Shown: piece by piece, positions 9,403 to 15,572 of the stretch | Layout: each line of letters begins with the position of its first letter | Position numbering within the stretch: position 1 is the stretch's first letter | IMG/VR virus record: IMGVR_UViG_3300045988_018915 | Coordinates: 1-55,564 of that record | Length of the DNA stretch: 55,564 nucleotides | Direction: 5' to 3' (one strand) | From: a virus | Notes under the pieces: generated by a model | What the model was told of the DNA's origin: nothing | Databases searched by the model: none | Seen by the model: only the letters and a program-made list of their open reading frames with translations | Made by a program: the position numbers and the translations under genes

Positions 9403-9474
9403 TTGGGATTGCAGGAATCGAACCCGCGACAACCCGGATATAAGCCGTGTCTTCTTCCACTGAATTAAATCCCA
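9403..9474 (-). tRNA. tRNA-Ile (anticodon UAU)
   Basis: Acceptor TGGGATT/AATCCCA; anticodon arm CACGG-CTTATAT-CCGGG with one A-G mismatch; T-arm GCGGG-TTCGATT-CCTGC. Confidence 0.6.
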
Positions 9475-9480
9475 ATACAG

Positions 9481-9551
9481 TGATCGGTACGAGATTTGAA
9501 CTCGTGTTACCACCGTGAAAGGGTGGTGTCTTACCGCTCGACTAACCGATC
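9481..9551 (-). tRNA. tRNA-Glu (anticodon UUC)
   Basis: Acceptor GATCGGT/ACCGATC; anticodon arm CCACC-CTTTCAC-GGTGG; T-arm ACGAG-TTCAAAT-CTCGT. Confidence 0.85.
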
Positions 9552-9671
9552 AAAACGCTACTCGCGTCCGAATAACCTAGGATAATCTCTCAAACCGGTT
9601 GTGAGGACTAAACGGACGCTTTCGCTCGTCGGAACGGGAGGATTCGAACCTTCTCTTGCAAGCGCGCTCCC

Positions 9672-9757
9672 AACAGTCATAAAAAGGAATTGAACCTGGA
9701 CAGCATTTCTGCTGGATAGCTTAGCAAGCTACTGGAATACCATTATCCCATATCTGC
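9672..9757 (-). pseudogene. decayed tRNA-Ser(GCU)-like paralogue
   Basis: 5' part GCAGATA-TG-GGAT..TTCC, anticodon arm GTAGC-TTGCTAA-GCTAT and variable arm CAGCA-GAA-TGCTG parallel the 9149..9233 tRNA. The T-stem (CCAGG/CCTTT) and the 3' acceptor do not pair. Confidence 0.35.
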
Positions 9758-9843
9758 AAATAATTTATTGGCAGGACTTAGCAGCGCATTTTCTGTACCG
9801 CCCATTTAATCAAGCCTTGTCGCCTACTTGAACCAATAATTAG

Positions 9844-9915
9844 CTGGGATAGTGGGGATCGAACCCACGACATTCTGATTAACAGTCAGACGTTCTACCT
9901 CTGAACTATATCCCA
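9844..9915 (-). tRNA. tRNA-Asn (anticodon GUU)
   Basis: Acceptor TGGGATA/TATCCCA; anticodon arm TCTGA-CTGTTAA-TCAGA; T-arm GTGGG-TTCGATC-CCCAC. Confidence 0.85.
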
Positions 9916-10143
9916 ATAACCGCCATCAGACGGTTAGCAATAATGTTTTTCGTGCCATGCGTTGCACTATCCTGTTTTGTTTTAACGATGATTCAGCAGG
10001 AATACCCATCGTTGTTACTACTTAACGAAGTCTTAATGCTTCCATTTCGAGGTCTTGATGCCTCTGCGCCACATTATAATTGCCCGTGGTATCATACAGC
10101 CAAAACATAGACCATCTGCAAGCAAACAGCATAATTTGACCGA

Positions 10144-10395
10144 GTAGGTGGGTGAGGATTTGCACCTCACATAGTGTACAATAGGCGTGTGCCGACGCCT
10201 CGTTTTACCCTTCGTGCAAGTCTATGGGATTGCCTTTCAAACATTTCCGTATCCATTGGCATAATGGGTAACATTGCTTTTGCAACCATTTAAGGGAGAC
10301 AATTCACGCTATCTCGCTTGCATATATCGTTACGCAGTCTCACCGAACGAAGTCTCGTACACCTGATTAGCGTCTACCTATTCCGCCACCACCTA
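10144..10395 (-). ncRNA. tRNA-Leu-like termini separated by a roughly 190-nt structured insert (252 nt in total)
   Basis: Acceptor TAGGTGG/CCACCTA; TG; D-arm GCG-GAATAGGTAGA-CGC at the 5' end; T-arm GTGAGG-TGCAAAT-CCTCAC at the 3' end. Interior helices: GTGTAC/GTACAC, TTACCC/GGGTAA, TTGC-AAAA-GCAA, AGGCGT/ACGCCT. Confidence 0.35.
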
Positions 10396-10579
10396 ATTTC
10401 ATGGCTCATGCACCGTGGGATAGATGCATGATAGAATACCACCGGACGGTCTCGCACCGTCCTTAACAGAATCGTCCTAGTGGCGAAAGGAGGAACCCAA
10501 ATGCTTGAATCACTCAACCAAGGGTTCAAGTACATATGAAAAACATACGTGGTCACATGAAACGTCAGCATGTAACCAA

Positions 10580-10650
10580 TTAGGCTACCGGGATTCGAAC
10601 CCGGAATGCAGGAATCAAAATCCTGTGCCTTACCGCTTGGCAATAGCCCA
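10580..10650 (-). tRNA. tRNA-Gln (anticodon UUG)
   Basis: U1-A72 acceptor TGGGCTA/TAGCCTA; D-arm GCC-AAGCGGTAA-GGC; anticodon arm CAGGA-TTTTGAT-TCCTG; T-arm CCGGG-TTCGAAT-CCCGG. Very close to the bacterial tRNA-Gln layout. Confidence 0.85.
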
Positions 10651-10727
10651 TCATTTCCGTCCGCAAACACTCTTCACTTCCTAACGCAGATTCTCATATC
10701 GGACAAAGCAATGCTTGCGGACTTAAG

Positions 10728-10892
10728 TTATACCGGATGTTCGGATTTATCGGATTGATGCTCTGCGTCGCTGCTCAATCCAATTAGATCTCCGGTATAA
10801 CCCGTTTTGTTTTCCTTTTCTTTTATTCTTTCAACCGCAACAATAATACGCGGATAAAAGCAAATCTCAAATATCGGATCATAAACAAACAT
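10728..10892 (-). CDS. hypothetical mini-protein (54 aa)
   Basis: My own translation MFVYDPIFEICFYPRIIVAVERIKEKENKTGYTGDL.... ATG lies 10 nt after GGAG and right after the upstream stop. Confidence 0.3.
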   Translation of the reverse strand: MFVYDPIFEICFYPRIIVAVERIKEKENKTGYTGDLIGLSSDAEHQSDKSEHPV

Positions 10893-10898
10893 ATTCAA

Positions 10899-11057
10899 TC
10901 AGCTCCAGATCATAAAAGCGTTGATGGCGGTAAACAAAGCAAGCGCGAATGAAACATTATGCGTTCCGTCCTTGCTTTTAACGCTTTCAACTCCAAGCCA
11001 TAAAAACAAAGCGATTGCTAATGCATCAAGTGTTGTGATTACTGTTTTCAAAATCAT
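10899..11057 (-). CDS. small two-helix membrane protein (52 aa)
   Basis: GGAGGTATAGAT-ATG. Translation MILKTVITTLDALAIALFLWLGVESVKSKDGTHNVSFALALFTAINAFMIWS. Confidence 0.5.
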   Translation of the reverse strand: MILKTVITTLDALAIALFLWLGVESVKSKDGTHNVSFALALFTAINAFMIWS

Positions 11058-11059
11058 AT

Positions 11060-11383
11060 CTATACCTCCGGCATATAATAAACTGATTCAAATGTTGATA
11101 TTGTTTGGTCTGGTCTCGAAAATCTTACTGCGGTACATGGAGTGTTCTTCGACCCGATAAAAGCCATGACCTCTTCATCGGTCATATTGTCAACAACAAG
11201 CTGAACCGGAGAATACGCCTTGTGAATGTCTTTGAATATCGTCTCGGCAATATTGCTAGATTTATAAATCCCGATCGTAACATCTCTATTGCCAACCCTT
11301 GCACGAATGCAATTATCATTCCGGCTAATAACAGTGCTATCAAAGTCGATCGACAGGTCGCGTTTCTGTGATACAATTCTCAT
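11060..11383 (-). CDS. hypothetical protein
   Basis: 107-aa ORF. TAATG overlap with the upstream mini-gene. Confidence 0.6.
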   Translation of the reverse strand: MRIVSQKRDLSIDFDSTVISRNDNCIRARVGNRDVTIGIYKSSNIAETIFKDIHKAYSPVQLVVDNMTDEEVMAFIGSKNTPCTAVRFSRPDQTISTFESVYYMPEV

Positions 11384-11553
11384 TAATCACCCTCCCATTC
11401 ATCGCAAACATGGTTGAATTCTACGAAGTCTGCAGTATAGTCACTTGAATCATTCACGCATACATAACCTTGCATCTTGTCGTATGTAGCATATTTGCAA
11501 GTGCCACAACAATCATTCTTCGGTTGTCTGCAATATCGTTCGTCATAACGCAT
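11383..11553 (-). CDS. Cys-rich mini-protein (56 aa)
   Basis: My own translation MRYDERYCRQPKNDCCGTCKYATYDKMQGYVCVNDSSDYTADFVEFNHVCDEWEGD. Confidence 0.45.
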   Translation of the reverse strand: MRYDERYCRQPKNDCCGTCKYATYDKMQGYVCVNDSSDYTADFVEFNHVCDEWEGD

Positions 11554-11909
11554 AATGCTAATGCCTTTCCCGCCTTTGCGTTTTTGTGATAGTTATTATT
11601 TTCGTTAATCTCTAGTGGAATTTCTGCTACGACTGTAGCCTTTATCTCAAAGTGAATAAGAACTGTGTTCTTGATATTAATTCTAGCCTATAAGTGAAAT
11701 TAAGTCTAGTGTTTTTTTGAATATCCGTAATATTGCGTATCTTATGGGGTCTACTGTGGTGAGTGAAAGGCGCTTTTTGTTTTTGCGATTATTTAAGGGA
11801 CTTAGTAGGAGCGAATTTTCGTTCCCATCAGACCCCCTCCCCCATGCATCCAGCGGTCATGTTCAGCAGCTTTTCTGTTGCTCCATCGTCTTTCTGTCTC
11901 GGTTCTTAG

Positions 11910-12119
11910 AATTGTGTGCCAATCTCAAACACTTAACACAATTTCAAAGTTTTTGTTATAACTATTCGCATAACCTCAGGTTTACGAATAGTTGCGAATA
12001 AGTGAAATCGCTACAACCATTGATATTGCTGCATCCTAGAATTGTAGAATAACCACGCACAATTTACGGTGCATTTTCTTGGTTATTCTCGTCTAATTGT
12101 GTGCCGATTTGGTGCAATT
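11910..12119. repeat. three AATTGTG..CACAATT inverted-repeat units at the 3' end of terS (candidate pac or TerS-binding region)
   Basis: AATTGTGT 11910-17 pairs with ACACAATT 11936-43. AATTGT 12040-45 pairs with ACAATT 12059-64. AATTGTGTGCC 12095-12105 pairs with GCAATT 12114-19. The 11-mer AATTGTGTGCC occurs twice. Confidence 0.4.
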
Positions 12120-12723
12120 CCGAGCCGTTCTTCTGTGCTAGTAATGCGCGCACATCGTTGGCGGTCAACTCCTTGTCAGTGCTTCTCTCCCTGCTCACTC
12201 CCGGCATATTCCATTGATAGTGACGGTTGAGAACCCCAAGAACTCCAACAGGATTTTGCTTTCCGGTCACCAGCTTATCGCTTAAGGATTCCTCGCGAAA
12301 AGTGTACAGTTTTTGGAAAATCTCTACGCTTACCGGACTTAGTGTTCCCCTCGTGCCGTTCCCCCAACTCGATATAGCGTCTATACTTATACCTGTAAGA
12401 TTACTAAATCCGCAAATACTTATCTCCTTATCGTTGGTAAAGCATAAGTCTATATATATATCACATATCTCATTTACTAGATCATAGTTGTATGCATTAA
12501 ACGTACTGCATATACTTCCAAGATCTGTATTGTTATCAGTCCTCAACATACTGTTATCTTGGAATACATGACGCTTTATATATCTTAATGCTCCATTCCA
12601 TACGCTTTGGCTTTCCTGCTTAATACTGTCAATGTTATGTTCTTCACAGTAGAGTTGTAAATACATGACAATGTCATTCTCATATACTTCTACACTGTTT
12701 GTATTTACTGTACTATCTGCCAT
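12064..12723 (-). CDS. terS: terminase small subunit (Terminase_2-like)
   Basis: 219 aa. HTH-like ICGFSNLTGISIDAISSWGNG and KQNPVGVLGVLNRHYQWNMPG, resembling the small-terminase C-terminal motif. Confidence 0.65.
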   Translation of the reverse strand: MADSTVNTNSVEVYENDIVMYLQLYCEEHNIDSIKQESQSVWNGALRYIKRHVFQDNSMLRTDNNTDLGSICSTFNAYNYDLVNEICDIYIDLCFTNDKEISICGFSNLTGISIDAISSWGNGTRGTLSPVSVEIFQKLYTFREESLSDKLVTGKQNPVGVLGVLNRHYQWNMPGVSRERSTDKELTANDVRALLAQKNGSELHQIGTQLDENNQENAP

Positions 12724-12942
12724 ATATCTACACCTCCAGTCCTTGATATATTCAACGCTACACTATTTTTGTATCTAAATCAAGTTATTTTTTATCCCGG
12801 CAATAACAAAACCGTATATAATATATATCCGCGTATGTGCGTCCATACTGTATCTATACATCTATAGGCTTTGTATATACTGCATATATTCTTGTTTAAT
12901 ATAAATATATAAATAAAGGGGGAATATATATACTTAACTTAC

Positions 12943-13000
12943 CTTACCTTACCTACGGATACAACATGGATACAGAATGTATACAGAATGTATACAAATT
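12943..13000. repeat. ori-like repeat block: a 17-mer shared with the replisome-organizer gene plus a tandem ATACAGAATGT
   Basis: cttaccttacctacgga at 12943-12959 equals 27860-27876. atacagaatgt x2.6 spans 12970-12996. The surrounding intergenic region is AT-rich. Confidence 0.6.
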
Positions 13001-13170
13001 TTATCACATTAAAGCGATAGAGAGTATATATAACTCTTACTCTTTCTCTATACTCTATCTCTGTGTCACACTTCCGCACAATGTGACGCTATCAATTAAA
13101 AAAAGACATAGAAAAAGAGCCGGAAAAACCGACTCTTAGATACTATTTATCTATTTATTTTCATTGATTT

Positions 13171-13566
13171 TTAAAGTGAAATATAAACCTCTCCATCGCC
13201 TTCATAGTTATTAACTACTTCTTCGGCTTCTTCCATGCTTGAACATTTTGCAATCGTTTCGTAAGATGGTTTTTCGACAACCTCAATCGTCATGTCAGAA
13301 ATGCACCAAACATCACCGCCGGAAAGCCATGTGCCGCCTTCATCGTATTCATTTTCCTCGATCATGTACTCAATCACTTCGTAAAGCGATCCGACCTTTC
13401 TAACATCCGACTTATACTTTTTTAATTCGTCCTTGGCTTCCTCCAGAAAATCAAAGCTCTTGATCTTCTCTTGCTCCATATCGTCCATTGTACACCCGGC
13501 AATAATTGTCTTTCTATCCTTCCAGCTAATTTCCGCGCTTCTCTTCACTAAGTCGTATTTTTTCAT
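13171..13566 (-). CDS. acidic hypothetical protein
   Basis: 131 aa, strongly D/E-rich. Confidence 0.6.
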   Translation of the reverse strand: MKKYDLVKRSAEISWKDRKTIIAGCTMDDMEQEKIKSFDFLEEAKDELKKYKSDVRKVGSLYEVIEYMIEENEYDEGGTWLSGGDVWCISDMTIEVVEKPSYETIAKCSSMEEAEEVVNNYEGDGEVYISL

Positions 13567-13620
13567 CTCGTTGTCCTCCTTAATTTGCTTGTTTTCTTGA
13601 TCTGATTATATTATATATGT

Positions 13621-14028
13621 TTGTGCCTTATATGTCAAGAACTTTTTGTGCCTTATTTCAAAATCTTTTCGTCATGCTCCAGCTTTTCCGCAACCGCCAA
13701 TTTGATAAAGTCGTTTGCGCTCTTGTATCCAAGCTTTTCTATGCGGTCCTTTGTGCCTTTTGCAAATCTGCAATTAACACGCTCAAACTTATCATCGTAT
13801 CTATAGATTGCGCGCCGTGTTGCTTCTGTTGTTTTGCGCTCCATGCTCCGTACCTCTCTTTCTTTGTTTGCTACTATTATAATGTTTTGTGCCTTATAAG
13901 TCAATAAAAATATTTTTCTTCCTATATAAAGGATTTTTGTATTTTGTGCCTTATACATATTTCACAAGCAAAGCCATGTTTTGTGCCTTATATTTTGTAT
14001 ATTATATCAATTGCTTTTGTGCCTTATA
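13621..14028 (+). repeat. iteron array: seven direct copies of TTGTGCCTTATA flanking and entering the RHH gene
   Basis: Copies start at 13621, 13646, 13751 (degenerate), 13887, 13944, 13981 and 14017, all in the same orientation. Confidence 0.85.
13653..13844 (-). CDS. ribbon-helix-helix (Arc/CopG-like) DNA-binding protein
   Basis: Start trimmed to MERKTTEATRRAIYRYDDKFERVNCRFAKGTKDRIEKLGYKSANDFIKLAVAEKLE. This shows the beta-strand then helix-helix pattern. Confidence 0.6.
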   Translation of the reverse strand: MERKTTEATRRAIYRYDDKFERVNCRFAKGTKDRIEKLGYKSANDFIKLAVAEKLEHDEKILK

Positions 14029-14150
14029 TTTACTATAATACAAGTATCAAATGAAGCACAGAAAATAAAAAGGCGGCACGCCAACCAAGCACACGCCGCC
14101 ACCAATCAAAAAAAAGAAAGGTAGCTATATTATAGCACAGGTAAAAAGAA

Positions 14151-14483
14151 ATGAGAAGAACAAATAGCAAGGAAGTTAAGGCAGCAGTTAAAAATTATTT
14201 GACAGAGGTTGCACAGAGCGAAGATCTTAACACGATCAAGGACATTAAAGACAAGTTTATAAACGAATACGGCTGGGCGGTTGCAAGACTCGGGGAGCGC
14301 AACGCCTGTATCGAATGGCTTAGAGGTTTAGGCGTTGGCGTTGATTATAGTTATTATAATATTATTCAGCTTATGGCTGAATGGTTAGACGAAAGCACAG
14401 AAGAAGCCGAAAAATGGCTTGATAAGCGCGGAGATGGTCTTTATTGGGACTTATTAGCAAGGGAGATTTTAGCAAGCAAATAA
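14151..14483 (+). CDS. hypothetical protein
   Basis: 110-aa plus-strand ORF followed by a hairpin. Confidence 0.55.
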   Translation: MRRTNSKEVKAAVKNYLTEVAQSEDLNTIKDIKDKFINEYGWAVARLGERNACIEWLRGLGVGVDYSYYNIIQLMAEWLDESTEEAEKWLDKRGDGLYWDLLAREILASK

Positions 14484-14501
14484 TTAGCAAGGTCGGCTTT
14501 T

Positions 14502-14530
14502 CCGGGGTTCGATTCCCCGGCTTGCTTTTA
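14502..14530 (+). terminator. GC hairpin with an exact tRNA T-arm sequence, followed by a T-rich tail
   Basis: CCGGGG-TTCGATT-CCCCGG then CTTGCTTTTA. The 3' flank GCTTGCT is complementary to AGCAAGC at 14471-14477. Confidence 0.5.
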
Positions 14531-14570
14531 CCCGGAACAACCGGAAAATTGAAACATGGAGGAAAACAGA

Positions 14571-14744
14571 ATGAAAAAAGAAAACAAAGAGATCTTGCGC
14601 ACATACAGAAGATTGTTGCGCGAATTTGACAAATCAGAAACGTATACAGAGTGGATAAAAAGACGGTGCAAGGTTCTTGCAGAAGCTCCGCTTTGCGTAT
14701 CTGCTAGAACATTTCACAAGCTTGTAAAAAGCATATGCTTATAG
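14571..14744 (+). CDS. hypothetical small basic protein
   Basis: GGAGGAAAACAGA-ATG; 57 aa. Confidence 0.5.
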   Translation: MKKENKEILRTYRRLLREFDKSETYTEWIKRRCKVLAEAPLCVSARTFHKLVKSICL

Positions 14745-14771
14745 GGCGGTACATTCCGCCCTCTTTCGCTT
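14744..14771 (+). terminator. rho-independent terminator
   Basis: GGGCGG-TACATT-CCGCCC followed by TCTTTCGCTT. Confidence 0.6.
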
Positions 14772-14874
14772 GCTAGCTTTGTTGTAAACAGCAGCACATT
14801 GATAAGTATATATACGTTTGTAGCGCGATTATTTAGCATTATACCGCCACAAATACGCGTAGGCATGGCATAGC

Positions 14875-14903
14875 TTGACAAGCGCAACAAATGCGCCTAC
14901 AAT
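14875..14903 (+). promoter_or_regulatory. consensus sigma-70-type promoter
   Basis: TTGACA (14875-80), a 17-nt spacer, then TACAAT (14898-903). Confidence 0.6.
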
Positions 14904-14909
14904 GGAATA

Positions 14910-15150
14910 TAAGCATATTTCAACGGCACGAGTACGCCCGCACATGGCGCGATCGTTCCAAGGCTTTGCAGGATCAGCCGGAAGCGGTTCGATCTGTGCA
15001 CGCTCGCAGTTGACCATCTATAGTTGTATGAATTTTCACGCAATTCTGACACACCACGATAATTGCACGTTCGTTGCACGATTTTCAAGATTTTCAATTT
15101 TAGGATTTCGGCTGAAAAATCGCTACCCCAGGGGGGTATCAAATTTTTGT
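14910..15150 (+). ncRNA. candidate roughly 240-nt non-coding RNA convergent with the small HTH gene
   Basis: Lies between the consensus promoter and the hairpin TACCCC-AGG-GGGGTA plus T-run. No RBS-preceded ORF. Locally GC-rich nested hairpin GATCG-TTCC-GGCT..AGCC-GGAA..CGATC. Confidence 0.4.
15122..15150. terminator. bidirectional hairpin terminator
   Basis: TACCCC/GGGGTA stem with a T-run on the plus strand (AAATTTTTG). A T-run on the minus strand (GATTTTTCAG) follows the stem. Confidence 0.5.
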
Positions 15151-15215
15151 GCATTTGGGGCGCGGCGCGAAAAATTTTCTTTCATCAAAAACACCCGTCA
15201 GTTCGGCGTGTTTTC

Positions 15216-15410
15216 TTATTTCTTCTCTTTCATTACAATTTCTAAATCAAGCCCCAATGCATCCGCAATCTGCCGCATTTCCTTTTCTGAAAAGTTGTCA
15301 CGTTTCATTTTTTGCGAAAGATTTTGTGAGCTTGTGTCAATAAGCCTTGCCAGATCGGTCACTCTTAATTCCTTTTCAATAAGCGTATGTTTTACGATTT
15401 TTGCAAACAA
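15216..15410 (-). CDS. XRE-family helix-turn-helix regulator
   Basis: 64 aa. LRVTDLARLIDTSSQNLSQKMKRDNFSEKEMRQIADALG is an HTH_3-type motif. Confidence 0.7.
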   Translation of the reverse strand: MFAKIVKHTLIEKELRVTDLARLIDTSSQNLSQKMKRDNFSEKEMRQIADALGLDLEIVMKEKK

Positions 15411-15491
15411 TGTACCGCCTCCTCTCTTTTAACGTGTTTCAATAATATCATAAATAAATTTATTATTCAATTATTTAATTACAAATGATAC

Positions 15492-15519
15492 TTGACAATC
15501 GCAAAATAAACCGTATAAT
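15492..15519 (+). promoter_or_regulatory. consensus promoter for the Rha operon
   Basis: TTGACA, a 16-nt spacer, then TATAAT. Confidence 0.6.
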
Positions 15520-15572
15520 GTAATCAAAGAGTTACGATAGTAATTGATAAGTTACAGAAAGGGGACACAAAT

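Noticed and set aside
10488-10542. AGGAGG-preceded 12-codon plus-strand ORF within the tRNA island
   Set aside because: It is too short, lies inside a hairpin-rich non-coding region, and has no supporting context.
10921-11160. 79-aa plus-strand ORF (TTG start)
   Set aside because: It is antisense to two RBS-supported minus-strand genes (10899..11057 and 11060..11383).
13621-14028. Possible CRISPR array, because of the repeated TTGTGCCTTATA
   Set aside because: The repeats are only about 12-14 bp with irregular 25-136 bp spacing. One copy lies inside a coding gene, and there are no cas genes. Iterons or operators fit better.
14875-15432. 185-aa plus-strand ORF spanning the GC-rich gap and the HTH gene
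   Set aside because: It has a TTG start with no RBS, overlaps the well-supported minus-strand XRE gene antisense, and has a Ser/Phe-rich junk composition. The region is better explained as non-coding RNA plus a terminator.
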